Source of the DNA: a virus
Lineage: Duplodnaviria > Caudoviricetes
Reading direction: 5' to 3' (one strand)
Virus record (IMG/VR): IMGVR_UViG_3300033983_000111
Location: 1 to 33,511 of that record
DNA: 33,511 nucleotides
Below the pieces are notes generated by a model. The model was not told where the DNA came from. It saw nothing but the letters and a program-made list of their open reading frames with translations, and did no database searches. Numbering within the stretch: the stretch's first letter is position 1; each line of letters begins with the position of its first letter. The translations under genes and the position numbers were made by a program. Shown piece after piece: positions 1-8,525 of this stretch.

Positions 1-555
1 TCCCTGCGGCGCTTGCTTGACAATGAGCCGCCTGCACAACTGATCTGCCGGCAACGCGATTCCATTGAAGACGGCGGTGCCCACCGCGAAGGCATGCTTG
101 CGCAGCTCCTGTTTGCCGCGCGGGATCTGGCGGAGCAGAACATTCTTGGCGCCGGATGGCCGGCTGTGGTGGATATGCCAGCGCCGGCAAGTTGGTGCCG
201 TGAGTGTCAGATGACCGAGCGACTCGACCGGCTGCAGCACACGAATACTTGCCGGACCGGCCGCGTGCTGCGCATCGTCGATGAGCTTTGTTCGACTTTG
301 GATTTCAAACCTGGTGGAAAGGAGGCCGCGACAGGTGAGAAGACCGATCGCGCGGGCGACGGGATTCGCCTGCGCGGTCTCACTGAGCGCGTGTGTCTGA
401 AGTGCGGAGCGCACGGCGGTCATTGGATCATCGCTGAAGTGCCGGCGGCGACATTCGATGTTTCGCAGCTCGGACTCAACCAGTTGGTTGGCAACGCATG
501 GAAGAGTGACAAGGTTACGATCTTCACGCATCGCTGCGAAGGCGGTGCGCAATGA
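1..555 (+). CDS. Hypothetical phage protein with Cys/His motifs; probably 5'-truncated by the window edge
   Basis: Frame is open from base 1; WCREC..H..TC and CLKC motifs; stop overlaps next ATG (ATGA 552-555). Confidence 0.65.
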   Translation, partial: SLRRLLDNEPPAQLICRQRDSIEDGGAHREGMLAQLLFAARDLAEQNILGAGWPAVVDMPAPASWCRECQMTERLDRLQHTNTCRTGRVLRIVDELCSTLDFKPGGKEAATGEKTDRAGDGIRLRGLTERVCLKCGAHGGHWIIAEVPAATFDVSQLGLNQLVGNAWKSDKVTIFTHRCEGGAQ

Positions 556-2465
556 CGAAAGTTAGCGATGAGCGAGTGCAGCAGATCCCGCATGACAAGT
601 TGCACGTGTCTCCTGAAGAGACTCGCAAGACAATCGACGAGCAGGCGCTCTCCGAGCTTGCGGCGTCCATTCGGATTCATGGAGTGCAGGAAGCGCTTAT
701 TGTGCGCCCCCAAGGTGTGACGGGCGGCAATGGCATCGGCTATGAGATTGTGGCTGGCCAGCGGCGCTGGCTGGCGTCGAAGATCGCCGGTAAAAGCACG
801 GTTCCGTGCATTGTCCGCGACATGTCGGACGCGGATGCGGCTGAGCAGCGTATCAACAGCAACCTGCAGCGCGTGGATCTTCCTCCGCTCGAAGAGGCGT
901 TGGCTTTCTCCGCGCTGTTGAATGCGCCAGGCGCAACGGTTGAGACGGTGGCGGCAAAGCTGGCGAAGTCGCCCAGCTACGTCGGCCGCCGGTTGAAGCT
1001 GCTCGATGCCATCGAGCCGGTGCGCGAGGCATTGAAGGCCGGCGCAATCGAAGTGGGCCACGCGCTGGAGCTGGCCAGGCTGGATGAGAAACAGCAGATC
1101 CGACATCTGTCTCGGCTCAACTGCGGGTACATTACGAGCGCCGCTGAGAACAATCGATTCGCGCGCGAGGACGACGAAGAGTTCGACGAAGACGATGACC
1201 TGGACGGTGCCGAGGATGTCTTCGATGAGGATGAGGATGGCGAGGCGCCGGAGCGTCCGGAGCCTGTTGGCGCGAAGCAATCGCAATGGAAGCCCACCGA
1301 CGCCTCGGTCGCGGAGCTGCGCAGGGAGATCGCGCGGACCACGCTGAGAGTCCTGGCCGACGCGCCATTTCCGCTGGAAGACGAGCTGCCGCCGATGGCC
1401 TGCACGGAGTGCCCGAAGCGCAGCGGCAATGCGGCGTTGCTCTTCGACGACTGCGCCCAGGACACTTGCACGGACCGGGACTGCTTTGACGCGAAGGTCA
1501 AGGTCTGGATCAAGTACGAACTTAACGAGGCAGACAAGGAAAAGCGCAAGCTGCTCATGTTGTCAGATGGCTACTCCAGCGCTGCCGGTGTTATTCCGGA
1601 CTATTGGGTCGTGGTGGTTCCTGAGCAGCGGCCAGTGAAGCCGTGCGAAAGCCAGGAAGAGGCGATTTACATTGATGGCCCTAGAGCGGGCCATCGCACG
1701 ATGATTTGCCGCGATGCGAAATGCAAGACGCATAAGGGGCAGAGCATGTATTCGGGGCCCGCGTCTGATCCGGAGAAGGCGAAGGCTGATCGGAAAGAGA
1801 CCCTGGAGAAATTGAAGAGGGAAAAGGAGTATCGCGCGAGGCTGTTCACCGTGATCGCGCGGGCGAAAACTCCGGAGCCTAAAGGCGCTGTCCTGATCGA
1901 GCTTGTGGAGTATGCAATCGGTCGGTCTGACGGAACGCTGAAGGGGAAAGCGGCTGAACTCCTGGGCTGGGACAAAGCGCTCTTTCAGGGATACGGTGAT
2001 GTGGCAGACAAGCGGCTGCGGAATCACCTGTCGTCGTTGTCTGCCGGCGATGCGGTACGGGCCGCGCTGCTCTTCGCGGAGTCTTCGGAGTTGACGGTTC
2101 ACGAGTACTTGGTGAACGCAAAGCCGGAGGGACTGGAGAAGCTTGCGCGGCTCTTTGACGTGGACGTGGATGCGGTCCGCGCCGGGTTTGTGGATGGGAA
2201 GCCGATGCCCAGCTCCCGCTTGACGCCGGCGAAGAAAGCTGCCGGACATAAGCCTGGCTGCGAGCTTGCGGCTGCAATCGAGAAGGCCGCTAAGAAGGGC
2301 CAGCACTCGCCGAAATTGATTCTCAGCGCCGAGGCGAAGAAGCGGATTGCGGATGCGCAGAAAAAGCGCTGGGCGAATCTGAAGAAATCGACGGCGAAGA
2401 CCACTCCCAAAAAAGCTGCGAAGAAAGTTGTCGCGAAGGCTGCCAAGAAGGGCGGCGCGAAATGA
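552..2465 (+). CDS. ParB/RepB/Spo0J-family protein with acidic tract, Cys cluster and Lys/Ala-rich tail
   Basis: ELAASIRIHGVQEALIVRP, YEIVAGQRRWLAS (ParB box), NLQRVDLPPLEEA, HTH (VAAKLAKSPSYVGRRLKL), CTECPKRSG..CTDRDCF. Confidence 0.9.
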   Translation: MTKVSDERVQQIPHDKLHVSPEETRKTIDEQALSELAASIRIHGVQEALIVRPQGVTGGNGIGYEIVAGQRRWLASKIAGKSTVPCIVRDMSDADAAEQRINSNLQRVDLPPLEEALAFSALLNAPGATVETVAAKLAKSPSYVGRRLKLLDAIEPVREALKAGAIEVGHALELARLDEKQQIRHLSRLNCGYITSAAENNRFAREDDEEFDEDDDLDGAEDVFDEDEDGEAPERPEPVGAKQSQWKPTDASVAELRREIARTTLRVLADAPFPLEDELPPMACTECPKRSGNAALLFDDCAQDTCTDRDCFDAKVKVWIKYELNEADKEKRKLLMLSDGYSSAAGVIPDYWVVVVPEQRPVKPCESQEEAIYIDGPRAGHRTMICRDAKCKTHKGQSMYSGPASDPEKAKADRKETLEKLKREKEYRARLFTVIARAKTPEPKGAVLIELVEYAIGRSDGTLKGKAAELLGWDKALFQGYGDVADKRLRNHLSSLSAGDAVRAALLFAESSELTVHEYLVNAKPEGLEKLARLFDVDVDAVRAGFVDGKPMPSSRLTPAKKAAGHKPGCELAAAIEKAAKKGQHSPKLILSAEAKKRIADAQKKRWANLKKSTAKTTPKKAAKKVVAKAAKKGGAK

Positions 2466-2695
2466 AGGCGCTCGCCGATCGCAAGACGAAGCTGATCTTC
2501 GAGACCAGCGACCAGGTGCGCGAGCGCGGCGCGTACCGGCAGGTGGTTGTGGAGGCGCGGCCGAGTTACGCGGTGCTTCGCCTCAAGGGCCTGCGCACAT
2601 CGTTCCAGCTCTGCTACGGCACGGCGTACCAGATGGCCGCGCGCTTCGAGGCGGAACGTAAGCGGGCTGAGATGAAGGGAAAGAAGCGGTCATGA
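2462..2695 (+). CDS. Small basic hypothetical phage protein
   Basis: 77 aa; ATGA overlaps at both ends. Confidence 0.75.
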   Translation: MKALADRKTKLIFETSDQVRERGAYRQVVVEARPSYAVLRLKGLRTSFQLCYGTAYQMAARFEAERKRAEMKGKKRS

Positions 2696-2994
2696 GCCAG
2701 GTCGCGCCAGGCGTTTGCCGGTATTGCCATTGCACGGAGACGACGCCCTGCCGGGTGCCTCCGTATGGCAGCGACGATACCTGCGGCTGGCTGTCGGGGA
2801 CGATGCAGACGGTGTGCTCGTCTCCGCGCTGCATCTGCGCCTGGGATCGCGATCAGAGGGCGGCGCGGCCGGTGGCCGAGAAAGAGGCGCGGCGATCGAT
2901 GCGCAAACACGGCGACCGGTACGTAGGTTGGGCATACGGCGCGATCGTAGAGGATCTGCGCAAACGAAGCCGCAGAGGGCGGCGGAAAGGGTGA
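2692..2994 (+). CDS. Cys-rich (putative Zn-binding) hypothetical protein
   Basis: CRYCHCTETTPC..CGW..VCSSPRC; coupled to both neighbours. Confidence 0.7.
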   Translation: MSQVAPGVCRYCHCTETTPCRVPPYGSDDTCGWLSGTMQTVCSSPRCICAWDRDQRAARPVAEKEARRSMRKHGDRYVGWAYGAIVEDLRKRSRRGRRKG

Positions 2995-3392
2995 AGACAG
3001 TGAACAGTGAACAGTGGTCAGTGGCCAGTGGCCAGGGCGCGGGGATCAGTATGCCGCCGGCGATCGGCGTGTGCTGCGTGCAGGGTTGCGGCGGCGCGGC
3101 GACGGAGGACAGTGAAGTGGGGATCTTCTGCATGCGCTGCTGGGATGAGATTACGGCCTTGCGCGCGATGGCTGCCGCGGAGCGCGCAAAACATGAGGCA
3201 CGCGAGCTGCGCAGGCTGTGCCGGCGGGAAGAGCGGCGCCTGGCGCGGGAGAGCACGGTGAAGCAGTTCCGGCGCGTGGGCCGGTTCGTCGGCAAGTGGC
3301 TGTGGGTTCCGGAGCTGGTCTTCGTGGGCGGCGTGCTGCTGTATCTGGGCGCGGTGTATGGGTATGCGCTGCTCGATTGGCTGGGGTGGTAG
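2991..3392 (+). CDS. Hypothetical protein with CxxxxC/CxxC motifs and a C-terminal transmembrane helix
   Basis: GTG 2991 overlaps the upstream TGA (alternative ATG 3051); CCVQGC..FCMRC; hydrophobic LVFVGGVLLYLGAVYGYALL. Confidence 0.65.
   Translation: MKTVNSEQWSVASGQGAGISMPPAIGVCCVQGCGGAATEDSEVGIFCMRCWDEITALRAMAAAERAKHEARELRRLCRREERRLARESTVKQFRRVGRFVGKWLWVPELVFVGGVLLYLGAVYGYALLDWLGW
2998..3035 (+). repeat. Heptamer tandem array, copy 1
   Basis: cagtgaa-cagtgaa-cagtggt-cagtggc-cagtggc-cag. Confidence 0.9.
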
Positions 3393-3394
3393 CG

Positions 3395-3853
3395 ATGAGG
3401 TTCTTCGAGGATATGCGGCCGGAGATCTACATCCACGGCGCGAAGCTACGCCGGGATAAGAAGACCGGCAAACGGCTGTGGGGTCTGACGCTCATCAATA
3501 CGCTGCTGCCTGAGCAGGTCATCAAGTGCGACGGCACAATCGAGGCCGCGTACATTTACATGCTCACATTGGAGAACTGCGCCGTTGAAGTGATGCTCGG
3601 GACGATTGTCGAGAGCTGCGTAATCGAGTTCTTCGCAAAGGTTGAAGACAAGAAATCGACGCTTCGCCTGGAAGGTGTGGACCTGGGCGGCTTTCGTTTA
3701 ACGCGCGACGGCAAGGTTGCGGAGCGTTGGTTCCAGTTCGAGCTGGAGAACAGTGCAAGCCTGCACGCATTCATAAAGGAGTACGCGTACACGCGGCTGT
3801 GGGCTGAGTTCAAGCCGGCGGATTTGTTTACGCAGCCGGAAAAGAAGAGTTGA
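3395..3853 (+). CDS. Hypothetical phage protein
   Basis: ATG 3395 is 2 nt after the upstream stop; globular-looking 152 aa sequence. Confidence 0.75.
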   Translation: MRFFEDMRPEIYIHGAKLRRDKKTGKRLWGLTLINTLLPEQVIKCDGTIEAAYIYMLTLENCAVEVMLGTIVESCVIEFFAKVEDKKSTLRLEGVDLGGFRLTRDGKVAERWFQFELENSASLHAFIKEYAYTRLWAEFKPADLFTQPEKKS

Positions 3854-3854
3854 G

Positions 3855-3949
3855 TTTCGCGCCGTGAGTTGAGGGGCGAGCGGTGCGAAAAGGGTGCGGC
3901 GGTGATACCGTCCGGCTTCACAACCGGTTAGAGTTCCTCCCGCCGCACT
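3855..3949 (+). other. Two tandem intergenic RNA hairpins
   Basis: tttcgcgccg (3855-3864)/cggtgcgaaa (3881-3890); gtgcggcgg (3894-3902)/ccgccgcac (3940-3948) enclosing ccgg-cttcacaa-ccgg. Confidence 0.55.
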
Positions 3950-3954
3950 AAAAA

Positions 3955-3979
3955 CAGTGGTTAGTGAACAGTGGTCAGT
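3955..3979 (+). repeat. Heptamer tandem array, copy 2
   Basis: cagtggt-tagtgaa-cagtggt-cagt immediately before RBS aggag (3981). Confidence 0.85.
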
Positions 3980-3991
3980 CAGGAGCACGAG

Positions 3992-4252
3992 ATGGCACGG
4001 ACGCCGCCGGATTGGACCAGGACGGGGACTGTGGAAGGATACGCCGAGTATCTGCGCAAGCAGAGCGACGCGATCTGCGTCCTGGTCATCCGGCCGCACG
4101 ATTCGGTGTTTGCCGTGGATGGGCGCTGCGCACCGGCGGAGGCTGAGCGGCTCGTGAAGGATTATCTGCCGCGCCTGGCCGAGAGAGTGGAGGCCGCGCG
4201 GAAAGAGAAGAAGCCGGCGGCCAGGTTAGAGCTGGGGCTGAATAGGGAGTGA
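3992..4252 (+). CDS. Hypothetical phage protein
   Basis: AGGAG 3981-3985 then ATG 3992. Confidence 0.75.
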   Translation: MARTPPDWTRTGTVEGYAEYLRKQSDAICVLVIRPHDSVFAVDGRCAPAEAERLVKDYLPRLAERVEAARKEKKPAARLELGLNRE

Positions 4253-4255
4253 GCG

Positions 4256-4384
4256 ATGGAAGCGAAGGACAAAATTCCGATGCCTACGCTGGGTCAGTTT
4301 TGGCGCGCGCGCCAGGCGCTGGAGCGTCCCGCGGATCTGGCACGTCGCGAAGCGGAAGCCGCGCGGCAAGGAGTAAGGCAATGA
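4256..4384 (+). CDS. Small hypothetical protein (42 aa, MEAKDKIPMPTLGQFWRARQ...), not in the ORF track
   Basis: GGGAG before ATG 4256; its TGA overlaps ATG 4381. Confidence 0.55.
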   Translation: MEAKDKIPMPTLGQFWRARQALERPADLARREAEAARQGVRQ

Positions 4385-5082
4385 ACGAGCGGCCGATTCT
4401 CTTCAGCGCCCCGATGGTTCGCGGCCTGTTGAACGACAGCAAGACGAAGACGCGGCGCGTGATGAAGCGCCAGTGGCTCTGCGATAAGCCGGACGATTAC
4501 ACGATTGCAATGGCGCTTCGGCACTGTCCGTATGGCCTGCCAGGAGACCGTCTTTGGGTGAAGGAGACGTGGACTTCGTGCTGCTGGAATGAGCGTGATA
4601 AACGCATCGAGCGCGTGTGCTATGGCGCGGATGGCGCGTTCATAAACTGCGAGCCGGCGTCCGATTGGAATCGTCCGAAGGCTTCGCTGGGAAGCGGATG
4701 GGTAACGCCGCTCTTCATGCCGCGCTGGGCGAGCCGTCTCACGCTGGAATTGCTCGATGTGCGCGTGGAGAGGCTGCAAGAGATCAGCTTCGAGGATGTC
4801 CTGGCTGAGGGCATCGTTGGCAGCTCACACTGGCCGATGCATCCAGGGAGCGCGGCCATGCAGCGGTATGACGCGCTGGCGGCTGAACACACAACGCACA
4901 TCGACGCCAGCACACCTCCGGATGTTCTTGAGGCCTCAATTGATCAGGGTTGGGATGACTACGTGCACTGCGCCTTCAGCGGTCTGTGGGATGCGATCAA
5001 CGCGGACCGCGGCTACGGCTGGGATTTGAATCCATGGGTCTGGGTGTTGAATTTTCAGCGCGTCGTGGCGGTGGCTGCATGA
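4381..5082 (+). CDS. ASCH/PUA-like phage protein
   Basis: MNERPILFSAPMVRGLL..KTKTRR, CPYG..GDRLWVKETW, FMPRWASRLTLE..VERLQEIS, WDLNPWVWV; RBS aaggag precedes 4381. Confidence 0.8.
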   Translation: MNERPILFSAPMVRGLLNDSKTKTRRVMKRQWLCDKPDDYTIAMALRHCPYGLPGDRLWVKETWTSCCWNERDKRIERVCYGADGAFINCEPASDWNRPKASLGSGWVTPLFMPRWASRLTLELLDVRVERLQEISFEDVLAEGIVGSSHWPMHPGSAAMQRYDALAAEHTTHIDASTPPDVLEASIDQGWDDYVHCAFSGLWDAINADRGYGWDLNPWVWVLNFQRVVAVAA

Positions 5083-5240
5083 AGAAGAAGGCCGCAGTTG
5101 TGGATATGAGCCGGAAGGCGGTCGCGGAGGTTGCGGAACGAATGCGCGCGTTCTGCTTTGTGCGCGAGAGCGCAAGCCGGGAACTTATCCGGAAGTGGGC
5201 GCGGGAGATCGAGGCGGCGTTAAACGGTGAGGCTGACTGA
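5079..5240 (+). CDS. Small hypothetical protein (53 aa)
   Basis: ATGA overlap upstream and TGATG overlap downstream. Confidence 0.6.
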   Translation: MKKKAAVVDMSRKAVAEVAERMRAFCFVRESASRELIRKWAREIEAALNGEAD

Positions 5241-5563
5241 TGGCGACGGCGGCGGTGCACAAAGCGAAGCGGGAGCGGCCGGCGGATGGCGGGATCGTGT
5301 GGTACGAGGAGTGGAATGCGTTCGAGTGCTATGGCTGCGGGGAGTTCACGGAGATCCGCGGCAGCAGCAAGCGCACGCCGGACAAGCTGGCGGAGATGCG
5401 GGAGTTCCTCATCATCGATCACACCGAGTGCTGGCAGTTCGACGATCCGAAGATGGCGGCCGATGCGCGGAAGTACCGGAGCGAAAAGAGGCGGCGCGAG
5501 AACCTGAAGGCGCGGGCCTCGGGCGCTCTGGATCGGCAGGCGGTGAGCTGGCGCGGGCGGTAA
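5240..5563 (+). CDS. Hypothetical Zn-finger-like protein
   Basis: FECYGCGE...HTEC motif; coupled start. Confidence 0.7.
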   Translation: MATAAVHKAKRERPADGGIVWYEEWNAFECYGCGEFTEIRGSSKRTPDKLAEMREFLIIDHTECWQFDDPKMAADARKYRSEKRRRENLKARASGALDRQAVSWRGR

Positions 5564-5565
5564 GG

Positions 5566-5586
5566 CAGTGGGCAATTGTCAGTGAT
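5566..5586 (+). repeat. Degenerate heptamer array, copy 3
   Basis: cagtggg-caattgt-cagtgat at a gene junction. Confidence 0.5.
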
Positions 5587-5605
5587 CTGGGAAAGGCGGC
5601 GGGGG

Positions 5606-6235
5606 ATGAAGTTTCTGTGGATGCGGTTCGTGAAGTGGATGCGGGAGTGGATCACGCTCCCGGCGCGGTGGCGGCAGTACAAACAGTTTCTCGATATGCA
5701 GGATGTTTGGGCTGAGGAGCATCGCAGGCTCGCGAGCGAGATGGGTTACCTGGGCTGCCATCACCTGGAGGCCGGGGTGAAGATTGCCCGGCGGTGCATG
5801 GGCGCGGAGGAAGCGTTGAGGCGCTTGGCCGCGAGTCTGGAAGGCGAGCACGACTGGAAGCGCGAGTACGAGCGCGAGGCGGCGTTCTCGCGGGCCGTGG
5901 GCAAGCAGCTTAGCGACGCGAAGGAGAAGCTGCGGGCGCTGGAAGACGGCATGACCGCATCAGGATTGTCGCCGGCGGAAGTGGAGCGGCTGGCGCTGCT
6001 GGCGATGGCCGCCGGCAAGCTGGCGGCCGAAGCCGCGAAGGTGGTTTTGTACGGGTGGGACTCGCCTTCGCCGTGTACGGGGCGTCCGGCTTACGTGGAT
6101 ATAGAGCGCGGGATCGGGCGCTTGCAGGCGGCGGCGGAGTTGATGGACGAGGCCGGCGACGTGCGCGGGGGCGATGTGCGCGCGTATGGAGCCAGGGCGA
6201 AGGAACGGATCTGCGAGCAAGTGACGCGGCAGTAG
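5606..6235 (+). CDS. Coiled-coil protein with a degenerate MazG-like (NTP-PPase) C-terminal domain
   Basis: GLSPAEVERLALLA..GK...AAKVVLYGWDS..DIERGIGRL..A..LM..AGDV follows the phage MazG-like pattern but lacks the acidic metal ligands. Confidence 0.6.
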   Translation: MKFLWMRFVKWMREWITLPARWRQYKQFLDMQDVWAEEHRRLASEMGYLGCHHLEAGVKIARRCMGAEEALRRLAASLEGEHDWKREYEREAAFSRAVGKQLSDAKEKLRALEDGMTASGLSPAEVERLALLAMAAGKLAAEAAKVVLYGWDSPSPCTGRPAYVDIERGIGRLQAAAELMDEAGDVRGGDVRAYGARAKERICEQVTRQ

Positions 6236-6237
6236 GG

Positions 6238-6272
6238 TAGCGGTCAGTAGTCAGTGGTCAGTGGTCAGTGAG
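6238..6272 (+). repeat. Heptamer tandem array, copy 4
   Basis: tagcggt-cagtagt-cagtggt-cagtggt-cagtgag running into RBS gagg. Confidence 0.9.
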
Positions 6273-6278
6273 GAAGCG

Positions 6279-6962
6279 ATGACGTTGCGGCCGGAATTGA
6301 GTGTATTGAACGGGAAAAAGTGGACGGCCGGAGAGCGGCGCATCGTGCGCAAGTTCTACGTGGATATTCCAACGAGGGAAATCTGCGAGCACCTTGGCCG
6401 GTCACTCAGCTCCGTTTACTCCCAGGCTGCGAAGATGGGACTGCGCAAGAGTATTGAGTGTATCGCGGAGGAAGCACGGCAGCGGTGTTTGCAACCGGAC
6501 CACGGCGGCCGGCCCACCCGGTTTCAGAAAGGCCTCGTCCCGCACAACAAGGGACTGCGGCGGCCAGGGTGGGCGCCCGGACGTATGCGCGAGACGCAAT
6601 TTAGAAAGGGCCAGAAGCCGCACACGTGGAAGCCGCTTTACGCGACGCGGTTCAGCAAAGACGGCTACCTGCAGATGAAGATGTCGGACACCGGCTATCC
6701 GCCCCATGACTGGGTGGGCGTTCACATCTTGATTTGGGAAGACAAACACGGGCCGGTTCCACCAGGGTATGCCGTGGTTTTCAAGGACGGTGACAAGACG
6801 CGCATCCGGCTGCGCAATCTGGAATTGATTTCTCGTGCCGAGCTGATGCGGCGCAATTCGATCCATAACCGCTATCCGAAAGAGATGGTCGATACAATCA
6901 TGCTGCTGGGTGCGGTCAAACGAAAGCTGAGGGAGAAGCGTGCCAAAGAACACAATGACTGA
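6279..6962 (+). CDS. HNH endonuclease-family protein with an N-terminal HTH-like segment
   Basis: TRFQKGLVPHNKG, ETQFRKGQKPH, HILIWEDKHGPVPPGYAVVFKDGDK..NLELISRAELMRRN. Confidence 0.85.
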   Translation: MTLRPELSVLNGKKWTAGERRIVRKFYVDIPTREICEHLGRSLSSVYSQAAKMGLRKSIECIAEEARQRCLQPDHGGRPTRFQKGLVPHNKGLRRPGWAPGRMRETQFRKGQKPHTWKPLYATRFSKDGYLQMKMSDTGYPPHDWVGVHILIWEDKHGPVPPGYAVVFKDGDKTRIRLRNLELISRAELMRRNSIHNRYPKEMVDTIMLLGAVKRKLREKRAKEHND

Positions 6963-7215
6963 TCTGCGCAACCATCTGTTCGAAGTGATGGAAGCACTGA
7001 AGGATGAAGATAAGCCGATGGATGTTGCGCGCGCTAAAGCGGTTGTGGATGTGGCGCAAGCGTTGATCGATTCTGCGAAGGTCGAAGTCGATTTCCTTGA
7101 AGCGATCGACTCGAGCGAGGCAACGGGCTTCTTCGATATGCAGCGTGTGGAAGCGCGGCGCAGTCTAGCGACGGGCGGAGACCCAGAGCCGCGACTGCGG
7201 CGGCTGGCAAGCTAG
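6940..7215 (+). CDS. Small phage protein of the type usually found next to this HNH family
   Basis: KNTMTDLRNHLFEVMEALKD..ARAKAV..VAQALIDSAKVEVDF. Confidence 0.8.
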   Translation: MPKNTMTDLRNHLFEVMEALKDEDKPMDVARAKAVVDVAQALIDSAKVEVDFLEAIDSSEATGFFDMQRVEARRSLATGGDPEPRLRRLAS

Positions 7216-7277
7216 CAGGGAAAACCATTTAAACGTAGGCATCGCGAATGAGTTGAGGCGGTGCATGGGGAAGCGCT

Positions 7278-8525
7278 GTGTCCGAAGGGCAAGACAAATT
7301 GACGGGGCTGCGCGATGTGCGAAAGCCCTGTCATTTCTGGGTGGACAATGAGATTGCGGATTGTTACCAGCCTATCGTGGGCGCGGACGCGATCTGGGTG
7401 TACTGCCGCATTGCACGCAACGCGCACGGGGCCTGGATTGTCTCGCCGAAGGTGCGCGGCGGCGATACGCGGGTGAGCCTGCGCGAGATGGCGGATTGGT
7501 GCGGCAAGAGCGTGGACACTGTATCGCGCTGCCTGCAGGTGCTGGAACATGTGGGGCTGCTGCGGGCGGTGCGCGGCGCCAAAGCCAAGGGGCAATATGC
7601 GCTGGTGGATGTGAAGGACCTGGTCACGCGTGAGGGTGGTTTGTACGACCGTGAGATCGGAAGCTTCCAGTTGCCGGCGCAGCGCGTGGATGAGTTGAAG
7701 GAGCAGGTGAAGCTTTTGCGCACCAAGCTCGCGCGCAAAAGCAGTGAACAGTGGACAGTGAATAGTGGTCAGAAAGATGCCGCTGCAACTGTCGCTCAGA
7801 GCGACAGTTTGGAGAACGATCTTTTTGCTGTGCCCGCTGCCGGGTGCGACAGTTCTGTCGCTCGGAGCGACACATCTGTCGCACCCGGCGCGATTGCTTC
7901 TATTACTACAAAAAACAAGGAAGCAAAACTAGCTACCCCCCCCCAACCCCCGCTCGCCCACCCCAACGGGCAAAAAGCGCCCGCTGGGGACCCCGGAGCG
8001 GGGGCGTATGGCTTTGATGTGCTTGACGATCCACCGTTTACCGAAGAACAGCTCGCACACCTGGCGAGGCACGCCGACGATGCGAGCTGGACGGCGGAGT
8101 GGGAAGGCTACTACCGCGAAGTGAATCAAGCGGCTGCCCGCGAAGAAGCGAAGGCCGCGGAGGCTGAACGCGTGGAAGCGATGCGATTGGAGAGCCTGAA
8201 GACCGAGCTGGCCACGGTGCCGGCGGCGCAGGCCTGGGTGATGCGCCAGTGCGGGTTTGTGAAGAACCGGCGGCGGCGCGGTGTGGAACCGGTGATCGAA
8301 GCGGTGTTGGCGCAGGATCTGGCAACTGGCAAGCCGCTGTGGGAGACGGCGCCGAAGATGGCGGAGGCCTGGAAGAGTTACCAGAGCAACGGGGAGTTCC
8401 TCCGCGTGCAGTACGGGCCGGTGAAGTTTTTCGAGCTGGGCATCTGGCGCGATCCGCGCGGGTGGGCATGGAACGAAGAGAAGCTGGAGCGCCAGAGAGG
8501 CGCGAGAGTGGAGAGCGCACGATGA
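7278..8525 (+). CDS. Phage replication initiator (lambda O-like architecture, N-terminal winged HTH)
   Basis: FWVDNEI..IWVYCRIAR..VSLREMADWCGKSVDTVSRCLQVLEHVGLL; internal palindromic repeats; TPPQPP linker. Confidence 0.75.
   Translation: MSEGQDKLTGLRDVRKPCHFWVDNEIADCYQPIVGADAIWVYCRIARNAHGAWIVSPKVRGGDTRVSLREMADWCGKSVDTVSRCLQVLEHVGLLRAVRGAKAKGQYALVDVKDLVTREGGLYDREIGSFQLPAQRVDELKEQVKLLRTKLARKSSEQWTVNSGQKDAAATVAQSDSLENDLFAVPAAGCDSSVARSDTSVAPGAIASITTKNKEAKLATPPQPPLAHPNGQKAPAGDPGAGAYGFDVLDDPPFTEEQLAHLARHADDASWTAEWEGYYREVNQAAAREEAKAAEAERVEAMRLESLKTELATVPAAQAWVMRQCGFVKNRRRRGVEPVIEAVLAQDLATGKPLWETAPKMAEAWKSYQSNGEFLRVQYGPVKFFELGIWRDPRGWAWNEEKLERQRGARVESAR
7742..7772 (+). repeat. Heptamer tandem array, copy 5 (inside the replication gene)
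   Basis: cagtgaa-cagtgga-cagtgaa-tagtggt-cag, translated SEQWTVNSGQ. Confidence 0.85.
7787..7930. promoter_or_regulatory. Candidate replication origin: inverted TGTCGC iterons plus an A-rich tract
   Basis: aactgtcgctc-a-gagcgacagtt (7787-7809); nested palindrome 7839-7889; A-rich 7893-7930. Confidence 0.65.

Noticed and set aside
3893-3949. tRNA gene
   Set aside because: Only about 57 nt, 8-nt loop, no proper D or T arm, no CCA
4249-4380. N-terminal extension of the ASCH-like ORF, and similar long extensions of track ORFs 2715, 3218, 8249, 8569, 15021, 15448 and 20978
   Set aside because: Downstream starts with an RBS or stop/start coupling fit better; the 4256-4384 ORF occupies this interval
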